Below, piece by piece: positions 39,220 through 47,874 of a stretch of 64,000 bases of DNA. The DNA comes from a virus (taxonomy: Duplodnaviria > Caudoviricetes). The position numbers and the translations under genes are program-made. Each line of letters starts with the position of its first letter. The first letter of the stretch is position 1. The notes below the pieces were generated by a model, which was not told the origin of the DNA, ran no database searches, and saw only the letters and a list, made by a program, of their open reading frames with translations. The stretch covers positions 7,836 through 71,835 of the IMG/VR virus record IMGVR_UViG_3300044655_001269, one strand, 5' to 3'.

Positions 39220-40221
39220 ATGACTTATAAATGTAAAATTTGCGGTAAAGAATTCGATAACAGTCGTTCACTAGATGCGCATTACCACGTTCATGGTGGT
39301 GTTGATGGTGATAAAGATTCCACCAAATGCTCCTGTATTTATTCCAAGAAAGTTGTACTAGTTTCGTACCTTGAGACCCACATATCAAAACTTTCAAACT
39401 GTATATGCTGCGGTAAGAAAACTAGTACCAGTTTCAACAAATACTGCTCATCTAGTTGCGCGGCCACCGTTAATAACAAATTCCGCACTCCTAGAAACTC
39501 AGTTGGTATTGAAACGAGTTCGTCGTTAAAGGACAATTACTCAACAAATCCGCACGGACCGTATACCCTAGTATCGCAGTGCAAAGTATGCGGTAAATGG
39601 TTTCCTAAGACTGGAAAACGGTTAACTTGTTCTGATACTTGTGCAAAAACAGCTATGGGTGTGAGATTGCCAGAAAGTGATAGTACTGCAAAAAGTAGTA
39701 ATACCACCAAAACTAAAAAATCTTCATATAATCGTCCAACTAAACCACCATATTCTAAGGTGTCGCAATGTAAAGAATGTGGTAAATGGTTTCACAATAC
39801 GACCGAGAGATCCACGTGTTCTACTAAATGCGCTAGAGCGATTATATCAAGAACTGCAACTAATAATCCAAACTTCGGTGGTAATCAAAATAACCACGCG
39901 TATGGTTGGTATGATTCACCATTTGCCGGTCGTGTTTGGTTAGAATCCTCTTACGAGTATCGAGTTGCCAAAGATTTGGATGATCATGGTATTCCGTGGA
40001 TCAGACCACCTTACATGCATTACGTCCTTAATGGATTGAAGAAAAAGTATTTTGCTGACTTTTACTTACCCGATCAAGATATCTACTTAGACCCAAAGAA
40101 TGATTGGATTATACCTAAAGATATCCCGAAAATCAATCAAGCTATGCTGTATAATAATGTTATCATTCATATCTTGACTAAGGATCAACTTTCTTGGGCA
40201 GCTATTCAAGAACTGCTCTAA
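39220..40221 (+). CDS. Free-standing homing-endonuclease-like protein (Zn-ribbon repeats plus PD-(D/E)xK domain)
   Basis: Repeated CxxCGKWF...CSxxC; C-terminal ESSYE...YFADFYLP...YLDPK. Confidence 0.7.
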   Translation: MTYKCKICGKEFDNSRSLDAHYHVHGGVDGDKDSTKCSCIYSKKVVLVSYLETHISKLSNCICCGKKTSTSFNKYCSSSCAATVNNKFRTPRNSVGIETSSSLKDNYSTNPHGPYTLVSQCKVCGKWFPKTGKRLTCSDTCAKTAMGVRLPESDSTAKSSNTTKTKKSSYNRPTKPPYSKVSQCKECGKWFHNTTERSTCSTKCARAIISRTATNNPNFGGNQNNHAYGWYDSPFAGRVWLESSYEYRVAKDLDDHGIPWIRPPYMHYVLNGLKKKYFADFYLPDQDIYLDPKNDWIIPKDIPKINQAMLYNNVIIHILTKDQLSWAAIQELL

Positions 40222-40267
40222 AAGATAAGCATCCAGCATGCACCGGTCTAACCAATCGGTGCATCAA

Positions 40268-40615
40268 TTAATCATCAAATCGATTCTCAACGAAATTAAC
40301 CAACTCACATAGCATGAACGAACCACCACATTCCCAAAACTCTAGGATAGCAGATCGATTTTTAACTAAGAAATCGGCTAACTTACCTTCTACATCTGAA
40401 AATGGGTATTCAATCCGTATATTATTGTCATCAATTAAGTACTGAACTGCACATGAACGACCTGCTATTTTACTTGAGATGTACAACTTACCAGAACCGA
40501 TTTGAAACATGACGAATTCGATCTGTGGTAAATCCCATTCATCTTCGGGTGGATCTAAATTGAATATTTCAGTTAAGGTCATAGTAGCTCTCCAAGTACC
40601 CTCTAATCTTATCAA
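40268..40615 (-). CDS. Hypothetical protein
   Basis: Intact ORF; start uncertain. Confidence 0.5.
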   Translation of the reverse strand: MIRLEGTWRATMTLTEIFNLDPPEDEWDLPQIEFVMFQIGSGKLYISSKIAGRSCAVQYLIDDNNIRIEYPFSDVEGKLADFLVKNRSAILEFWECGGSFMLCELVNFVENRFDD

Positions 40616-40638
40616 CCAAAGGGTACAAAGTCAACCTT

Positions 40639-42357
40639 TTAAATTCCAGCTAACTGTTTAAAGCGAGCGATTTCAGAAGATTCTTCAGGGGCAGCGTGGA
40701 TACCAACACTAGCTTGTTCAGGAGCCATACGTTCAATTAGTTTCTTAACTGCATTAGCTGCTGATTCACCGAACTTCTTACCAACCATGATGGTTACTTT
40801 TTCTGGACCTAATGGGAATTTGTTTTCCATGTGGTCGTAGAAAGATTTAACGTATTCGAATAGTTCATTCATATCTACGTTGCTGTGTCCACGTTCTTCT
40901 TTATCGGAATCACCGCATTCAGAGGCTACGTCTTCTTTCTCAAGTTTTTCAACTTCAGTTTCACCGGTATCTGAATGTTCCGAGTCATGACCATGTTCCC
41001 AATCGATTTGGTCAACTACTTCAGGTGCATGTTGTTGCAAGAAAGATTGAATCAAAGGAATCACGCATTTTTCAGGATCTTCGTTTGCAGATTTAACGAT
41101 TGCTCTATTCAAAGCGGGTTCATCAATAATACCTTTTAGGCTTTCAATGGCATTCAACCCATCGACACCAGCAGGTAAAGGTTCTTTAACTAAGTCTTGT
41201 AGTTCAGCAATAGCAGACTTTTGATTTTCTGGGTCTGTGCTAACAATAGCATCTTCTTCACCTAAGTTCATAGCCCATTGTTCAAATTTAGACATTGGGT
41301 CAATAACCGAGATTTCTTCAGAAACAGGTTCATCTGAAGAAGTCATACTAACAATATCAGAATACTCAATGCCGTTTTCTTGCATCAATCTATAGATAAC
41401 AGGGAACACGGATGCGATATCTTCTTTGAAGTTACGTACAGTGAACTTATCTTTATATTCTTCAACTACAGATTGCGGCATTTCCATTGGTGCGGCAGCT
41501 TTGAAGTTTTCTTTGTATGATTCGTAGTGGTGTTGTTTTGCCAATTTGTGTAAAGTTTCGCGTAAGTGGTCCAATTGGGCAGTACTACGTTCTACCATAT
41601 TATTAGTATCTGAATTCATCAAATCGTTTCTAACAACATAGTTACCAAAACTTTTCAACTGTGCAATTTCTTCACTCATACCAGTAATAGATTTACCAAG
41701 ATCATCATAAGGCAACCCACCATTAGCAACATGGCGTTGCATAGCTCTAGCACCAGCCAAGTGTTTGAATGGGTATTTGAATCTTTCACCATCACTATTC
41801 TCTACGAATAGGGCTGAGATGTTGCGTGAACGAGACCCAGGTGCCATATCATCATTCAAGGTTTTACTGTGCTTGATAATTAATCGTGTATCCATCAACT
41901 TCTGATAGCTTACGTTTTTAGTACCATAAAGGTTACTTTCACTCATTATACTTTCTCCAATTGGTGCTGGTGTTGCAGATTTTGCATTTTGGCTCAAGAA
42001 CGAATAGTCTCTTTGATCTAGGTTGTCTTTGGCAATGTCTCTAGGATCGAAGTTTAACAGCCTGCGTTTTGCAAATATCCTTAACTCCTTTAAAAACCCA
42101 TACCAGTTGTTCTTTTGATTTGTATCCATGGTTTCGGTAATTCCATGTGAGAAATATACCTTCATGGAATTCTGTTCAGCCAAACTAATACTCACATGAC
42201 CAATAGCGGTTTCACCTTCCATATAATCAAAATCGAAGAAACGTGCATCCTCTGGGATAATAGTTATCTCACCAGATTCCGTTCCTAATTTTAGACCAGA
42301 GAATCTGCTTCGTATTTTGTAAAATAAATCTGTTGCAATGTTATTTCGTGTATCCAT
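40639..42357 (-). CDS. Conserved late (probably head-associated) protein
   Basis: GERF..P..HL.GARAM.RHV..GG motif; LAGI C-terminus; TAAATA upstream. Confidence 0.65.
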   Translation of the reverse strand: MDTRNNIATDLFYKIRSRFSGLKLGTESGEITIIPEDARFFDFDYMEGETAIGHVSISLAEQNSMKVYFSHGITETMDTNQKNNWYGFLKELRIFAKRRLLNFDPRDIAKDNLDQRDYSFLSQNAKSATPAPIGESIMSESNLYGTKNVSYQKLMDTRLIIKHSKTLNDDMAPGSRSRNISALFVENSDGERFKYPFKHLAGARAMQRHVANGGLPYDDLGKSITGMSEEIAQLKSFGNYVVRNDLMNSDTNNMVERSTAQLDHLRETLHKLAKQHHYESYKENFKAAAPMEMPQSVVEEYKDKFTVRNFKEDIASVFPVIYRLMQENGIEYSDIVSMTSSDEPVSEEISVIDPMSKFEQWAMNLGEEDAIVSTDPENQKSAIAELQDLVKEPLPAGVDGLNAIESLKGIIDEPALNRAIVKSANEDPEKCVIPLIQSFLQQHAPEVVDQIDWEHGHDSEHSDTGETEVEKLEKEDVASECGDSDKEERGHSNVDMNELFEYVKSFYDHMENKFPLGPEKVTIMVGKKFGESAANAVKKLIERMAPEQASVGIHAAPEESSEIARFKQLAGI

Positions 42358-42371
42358 AATCGGTATTTAGC

Positions 42372-42779
42372 CTATTCTGTGGGACTTTGGTCATTCAGTT
42401 GACTGATGCCTTCTAGTCGTTTTATGTCTTCGTCAGTTAATCCCTCTAATCCAAAGACCTTTCTTGGGTTAATATAAGGTACGATTCGCTGACTGATGAT
42501 ATTTACTTGGATGTTTTCACCCATGATTTCATGATTGATCTTTGAGTTATATGCTACAAACGCATAAGTACCATCACCGTAAAATCCAACTTCCAACTCT
42601 AAGAAATCATTCAACCAAGTAAGTCTTATTTCACCATCAAACTGAACTTCTACAGTTGGTTGTTTAGTACCAGGTAGCAATTGCTGTAGGAATACAATTG
42701 CATCGTCTATGGAATTTTCATTCAACTTGTCGTGTTCTTCGTATTTCAAGTTGTGTATTTCGTCTATTGTTTCTCTCAT
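42372..42779 (-). CDS. Hypothetical protein
   Basis: AAGGA SD. Confidence 0.6.
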   Translation of the reverse strand: MRETIDEIHNLKYEEHDKLNENSIDDAIVFLQQLLPGTKQPTVEVQFDGEIRLTWLNDFLELEVGFYGDGTYAFVAYNSKINHEIMGENIQVNIISQRIVPYINPRKVFGLEGLTDEDIKRLEGISQLNDQSPTE

Positions 42780-42885
42780 TGGTTGTCCTTTTTGTTATAG
42801 CTAAAAGATAATGGTTCATGGTTTATGGTTGGTCTCATGGGGTCAATTATCTTTTAGCTTATGATACGTGGGTTTCGATTATCTT

Positions 42886-44286
42886 TTAGAATCCACTACT
42901 AATAAAGATAGGTAATGGCATCTGATCTTCTGTCAATTTCTCAGACATCTTATCATATATAGATGGATCCCAATCAGATAATACGGTTGCCATTCTTATA
43001 ATAAGAAGAACAGCAGAAATCAAGTCATCATGCTCACCTGATTTAGCACCAAACCCAACACCTCTCGATATGTAAGTTTTCAATTCAGATACCAAAACTT
43101 TAGAGTTAATCGTCATCTTACCAGTTTCTAATAGGTTTTTAAACTGACTACATGCAGTAACTTTTGTTCTATGTGTAGTGTTAAACCCTTTACGGAACTT
43201 TCTGATATGACCTTTCTTGATAGGTTCTGAAAGGAATAACCCACGGAAATTCTCTTCACCGATACTCTCGATAACGATCAAGGCTGCTTCACCTAGTGTA
43301 TTATTCTCCATACTATAATAAGTAGTAGGTGCAAATCCACCTTTTTCAATTCCACGGTCATGTATATATGCTAATATATCTCTTAGATGTCTGATTTGTG
43401 TTTGCACGGGTGTAGTGTTATGTCGCCATTCACCAACTTGATCCATACTTGGCATTTCAAATACTTGCATAGCTGCGTAGTCACCACCAGTACCTAAACT
43501 TGGATCTAGCGATACTAGATAGGTTGCTAGTGGATTTATTTCTTTATACCAACGCATTTGTCCCATTGTTAAAATTGGATCTACGCCCTTTAATTCTGCC
43601 AGTTTTGTTGCATTGATCAAGGTTTCGTCATTAATTAAGAACTCGCACTCGAACTCCCTACGAAATTTTTCTGAATTTATCTTCGCCCGTTCGGTTGTCG
43701 CCCATTTGTCATCTCTATCAGGGTGTTCTCTCCAATGAGCGAAAAATGGATAAAATCCATTAATACCAACTTTCTGTTCGATACCATTATTATCGAATTT
43801 CTTATTGGCATCATGCCAAATCAACGCAAATTGATCCTCGTCACTATTTGGTGTTGAGGTCAAGATACAACGTCCACCAGTAGATAACGTTGGTGATAAC
43901 GCAGTCCAGAATTCTTTTGCTTTTTCGGGCGGACTCACAAAACTGAACTCATCGCAATTTTTTGTTATAAAACAATGATTTACGATAAACCTGTGATTTT
44001 CTTCATGGACTTCTACAATATCATACACATCGGTTAATTGATCAAACTCAATTGATTCAATTTCGACTAATCCATTCACTGTATCAATAGAATCACCAAC
44101 TGATAATTCTTTAACCTTGGTTCTAACCCCGTTAATATAGAAATAATGCAATGCCGTTGCTGAAACGGCATCACCTGTAACTAACGTTATTTTGAATGTT
44201 TCTTTGTTTGGAGTTATTCTTACTCCGTTAAAATCTCTCCAGCCAACTGGAGTAAGTATTTCGTATGCGCTGTTTTCAACAAACAT
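42886..44286 (-). CDS. terL: Terminase large subunit, C-terminal gene, fused to split-intein C fragment
   Basis: After ...ITKN| come CDEF (Walker B), TSTPN, FRREFECEF, the D.S.G.GGDY nuclease and HDD. Confidence 0.9.
   Translation of the reverse strand: MFVENSAYEILTPVGWRDFNGVRITPNKETFKITLVTGDAVSATALHYFYINGVRTKVKELSVGDSIDTVNGLVEIESIEFDQLTDVYDIVEVHEENHRFIVNHCFITKNCDEFSFVSPPEKAKEFWTALSPTLSTGGRCILTSTPNSDEDQFALIWHDANKKFDNNGIEQKVGINGFYPFFAHWREHPDRDDKWATTERAKINSEKFRREFECEFLINDETLINATKLAELKGVDPILTMGQMRWYKEINPLATYLVSLDPSLGTGGDYAAMQVFEMPSMDQVGEWRHNTTPVQTQIRHLRDILAYIHDRGIEKGGFAPTTYYSMENNTLGEAALIVIESIGEENFRGLFLSEPIKKGHIRKFRKGFNTTHRTKVTACSQFKNLLETGKMTINSKVLVSELKTYISRGVGFGAKSGEHDDLISAVLLIIRMATVLSDWDPSIYDKMSEKLTEDQMPLPIFISSGF
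43957..44286 (-). mobile_element. Split intein C fragment (110 aa)
   Basis: Block B T..H, VYDIV block F, terminal KN|C. Confidence 0.85.
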
Positions 44287-45206
44287 AATATTCCTTCTAC
44301 GTCTTCTTTTACTGTGTCTTCCCATACATAATATGTTGGGACTCGATGCATCCTATACAAAGCACGGGCTTTATTGTAATCATATGCGAGAACTTCTTCT
44401 GCCGATTTTTCTCCAAAACAGGGTTTCCAATTATTCCATTTTTCATCATCCCATGCAGGATTTGAATGGTAAGCATTCGACTGGTATTCAATAGCGATGT
44501 TATACTTTTTTATAGTTAAATCGAATGAATATCGATTTTTCGACACTGAATCATTTATTCCAAATTCATGTGTATCGAAATAATGTGGAATCTTGTGATC
44601 GTTTAGATAATCTAAAATTGGTTTTAAACACTTTTTGGATACTTTACTAGCTCTACCGCATCCGCTAACCATAGTAGTATTCAGAGTTTCTCGACGTTTT
44701 AAGTGTGCATTCTCTTCGACTGTCAACCCATTTTCCAAAACTGTAGTCACGCGACCATGTGCTTGCCTTTGATACCCATTTCTACCATTCTCATCTACCG
44801 TACTCAAGTGTGTTGCTTTAGTTTTTTTACCTTTTTTATCATAACCAGTTTCACCATTCTCATCTGGCGTCGCCAAGGTTTCTCTTGCTTTTTGTTGACC
44901 CAATTCATACTTGGTTAATCCTGTTTCTGGATCAATCTCATTAATACCCTTTTTGATATTTTCAGATCTAGCAGTGGTATCACGTTGAAAGTTTGGATAT
45001 TTCTCTTCAAATTCTGCAACTGACATTAACAAATAACTTGTTATATACGTACTTTTCATTTGTCGCATTCTAATGCCGTGTACCGGACACGTGATATAGT
45101 CCACAAACTCAACCTTAGTTGGGTCATCGTACAAATCCGCACACGATCTTCTATTAGTTTTAATACATGATTTTAGTTTAGTAGCAAATGATTTGATTTT
45201 AGCCAT
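44220..45206 (-). CDS. Free-standing homing endonuclease (Vsr/DUF559-like PD-(D/E)xK) between the terL halves
   Basis: HEF...YSFD......IAIEYQ...YH...D..K...VWE; overlaps the IntC start. Confidence 0.75.
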   Translation of the reverse strand: MAKIKSFATKLKSCIKTNRRSCADLYDDPTKVEFVDYITCPVHGIRMRQMKSTYITSYLLMSVAEFEEKYPNFQRDTTARSENIKKGINEIDPETGLTKYELGQQKARETLATPDENGETGYDKKGKKTKATHLSTVDENGRNGYQRQAHGRVTTVLENGLTVEENAHLKRRETLNTTMVSGCGRASKVSKKCLKPILDYLNDHKIPHYFDTHEFGINDSVSKNRYSFDLTIKKYNIAIEYQSNAYHSNPAWDDEKWNNWKPCFGEKSAEEVLAYDYNKARALYRMHRVPTYYVWEDTVKEDVEGILCLLKTAHTKYLLQLAGEILTE

Positions 45207-45335
45207 AGTAGTTCACCTTTTGAAATTAAATAAGTAAATTGAGTGTTACCTCTATTTAACATTTCTAAAAGATAATAGTTGCATCATACATACTGTTTTG
45301 ATAAACTATGTGTACATTAACTCACGCAAATACCT

Positions 45336-45689
45336 ATGAAATTCGAAATAGCACCAAATAGAGCAGTAAAACAATTGAACCTAAGTGATGCAATACTGTA
45401 CTGTTTCTCACTTAACATCGATGGTGTTACTGGTTGGAGATTACCAACCAATTCCGAACTGTCGTTAATCATACCACACCGTGTACCGTGGGATTGGTAT
45501 TGGTTTGATCAAAATAAATTATCATCAGAAGAAGTGTCTAATATCCGTAAAGCGGTATTATGGCCAAGCGAATCTGCAATCTCATTGGTGTACTGTACAT
45601 ACGAAGACGGTTCACTACCAACTGTTAGTTACGAAGCATGGAATGTGGCCGAAGAAAATATGGTAATTCCAGTAAGAGATATCCAATGA
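45336..45689 (+). CDS. DUF1566-like (C-type-lectin fold) protein
   Basis: A..YC..L...G..GWRLPT..EL...YW...PVRD. Confidence 0.7.
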   Translation: MKFEIAPNRAVKQLNLSDAILYCFSLNIDGVTGWRLPTNSELSLIIPHRVPWDWYWFDQNKLSSEEVSNIRKAVLWPSESAISLVYCTYEDGSLPTVSYEAWNVAEENMVIPVRDIQ

Positions 45690-45714
45690 TCTTAATTTTT
45701 CTACGAGACGTAGC

Positions 45715-46005
45715 ATGAAAATTGAAATAGCACCTATATCAACTGAAATAGAAGCCAATTGGGAGGATGCAAGATTGTATTGTTTTTCTCTTAATATTGA
45801 TGGCAGAACTGGATGGCGGTTGCCCGCATTACATGAATTAAGTGAAATATTGAAGATTAACTCGGATTTTAAGAGATCTTGGTATTGGTCTAATACTTGT
45901 TTTGAAAGAGATTATGCGATGTATCAATGCTTTGTTAGTGGTAAACATAGACCATGCCATAAAATTAACATACAGTGTTATACTCGGGCTGTCAGGGATA
46001 TCTAA
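45715..46005 (+). CDS. DUF1566-like protein
   Basis: NWEDARLYC...GWRLP...YWS...RAVRD. Confidence 0.75.
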   Translation: MKIEIAPISTEIEANWEDARLYCFSLNIDGRTGWRLPALHELSEILKINSDFKRSWYWSNTCFERDYAMYQCFVSGKHRPCHKINIQCYTRAVRDI

Positions 46006-46072
46006 AAGATAATAGTTGACACTATCCAAAATCCATGTACAATACCCAGTATACAAACCAACTGGATTAAAC

Positions 46073-46351
46073 ATGACACTAGAATTCTACGAAACCAAAG
46101 TAAGCATGGATTGGGATACTGCCAAATTTTACTGTTTTGCATTAAATGTAGATGGTAGAATTGGTTGGAGATTGCCAACTGAAGCAGAGTTTAGGGAGTT
46201 TAGAGCATTTACAGGAATTCACTGGTATTGGTCGAGTGAAGAGCGTGGTGATCGACATGCTAAAAGTTTATACCCATTTCCAGATCTTGTTGAACATGAC
46301 ACTGATTTGAAAAGTTGTAAATGGAGTGTGCTTGCTGTTCGTGATGCTTAA
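46073..46351 (+). CDS. DUF1566-like protein (start MTLEFY)
   Basis: DWDTAKFYC...GWRLPT...YWSS...AVRD; own TTGACA/TACAAT promoter. Confidence 0.72.
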   Translation: MTLEFYETKVSMDWDTAKFYCFALNVDGRIGWRLPTEAEFREFRAFTGIHWYWSSEERGDRHAKSLYPFPDLVEHDTDLKSCKWSVLAVRDA

Positions 46352-46479
46352 AAGATAATCGAAAAAGCCCTTGACAACCCAATCCAAATAGATTACAATT
46401 AACTATACTAAAGAATTACCCGAGATACCTTGAAAAATAGGTTGACAGTCACAATAATATAGGTTATACTTAATCATAC

Positions 46480-47065
46480 TCAAAAGCAGTTTACCGAGAC
46501 CATCTCAAATCCATACCGACACCACGTCTATTATTCAATTATCTTTTAGAGACCATCTCAAATCATTATCGACGCAAAGTCTACTTACACAAAAGCAATT
46601 ACTCAATTATCTTTTAGGCACCCGCCAAACATGCTCGTCGAATTACTAGATCTAACATAGAAAGACGAGAGAATTGCTAAGAAAGCCGTGCACAGGCGAC
46701 CATTACGTGCCCTTAAACCTTGGACTACTTGATCACAAGGGATGGAAGTTCCGAAGTTAGCAACGGAGATATAACACACTACCCCACCAGATGAGTTATG
46801 GGATATGCCTTCATACAACCCATTTGTGTTATAGCGAAAAGATATACAAAGGCTAAAGATGGACTAAAAAGTCCACGTCGCATGAATGAGGTAGCAGTTG
46901 TTCATGTGGCCACCGTCAGATTAATAAGACTGAGCTCGAGGTACCGGCTGACCGCCTCTGTAACGCTCTACTGCTGCTGTGATGCGATACTTGTACGCAG
47001 AACTTTTCAATTACTTAAAACCCAATTGAGAATGCTTTGAATTAACCCGAGTTTTTCGGGTTAAG
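46480..47065 (+). ncRNA. Candidate ~570-nt structured non-coding RNA
   Basis: TTGACA(46442)-N17-TATACT(46465) promoter; GC-enriched stretch with no credible ORF and several stems; terminal hairpin TTAACCCGA..TCGGGTTAA at 47042-47064. Confidence 0.45.
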
Positions 47066-47568
47066 ATGTTCCGCTCCACATACCGCAGTATTAAAAGCCT
47101 CTATAATGGATCTATTAATGATTCTATCTTAAATCTATAATTGTAGGAGCATATTAGATAATCCTAAAAGATAATGAATCCCTTATATCTTACCTGCTTA
47201 AGCCACGCGCACATACATTTTGAACCTAATAGATAATTTCCTTATAGCTGTTTCCATTCGCGCACATACCTTATAGCTTTTTACCAAATGAACACATACA
47301 TTATAAACTCCATACGAACCCATACATTATAACTCTAAAAGATAATTACCTAATAACTTACATCAATAAGATCATCTATAAGACCATTAATACAATCATC
47401 AATAAGAATATCATAACTAAAAGATAATAGATCAGTAATTCACATCATCTATAAGAACATCATAACTATAAGACAATCATATTTTAGTATTATCTTTAAT
47501 GGATAGTTACGTCTTTTAGTTTCATATTACATTGCGAGCGTAAGCGAGCCATAACTCAAATCAATAGT

Positions 47569-47874
47569 ATGAATATAGAAATAGCAGATCGAAATAAATG
47601 GATAAGTATTGATTGGTTTAATGCCAAGTTTTACTTATTTGGCATGGGTGCTGATTGGCGATTTCCTACAAGAGAGGAAATAGATTATATTCACCAATCA
47701 GCTACGGAACTATTCAGAACAATATCAAATGACCCAGTTAAACATCATATTGTTTGGCTTGGTACTGAACTATCTGATGAAATTGCGTCTGCTTATTGGC
47801 ATCAATACAAATCAATCGAACAAGTAAAAAAGAAATGTCCTTGTGTATTGATACCAGTGAGAACTAAGCAATAA
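47569..47874 (+). CDS. Divergent DUF1566-like protein
   Basis: MNIEIA..DWFNAKFY...WRFPT..E...PVR; converges on the terL-N stop. Confidence 0.65.
   Translation: MNIEIADRNKWISIDWFNAKFYLFGMGADWRFPTREEIDYIHQSATELFRTISNDPVKHHIVWLGTELSDEIASAYWHQYKSIEQVKKKCPCVLIPVRTKQ

Noticed and set aside
46496-46617. GAGACCATCTCAAATC x2 as a CRISPR
   Set aside because: Only two copies, and the following sequences resemble each other (tandem duplication).
46603-47040. ORFs 46603..46818 and 46798..47040
   Set aside because: Atypical composition and weak starts; better explained as non-coding.
44287-47863. Group I/II intron interrupting terL
   Set aside because: Both halves carry complementary intein fragments and the C-terminal gene has its own SD and start; no intron core recognised.
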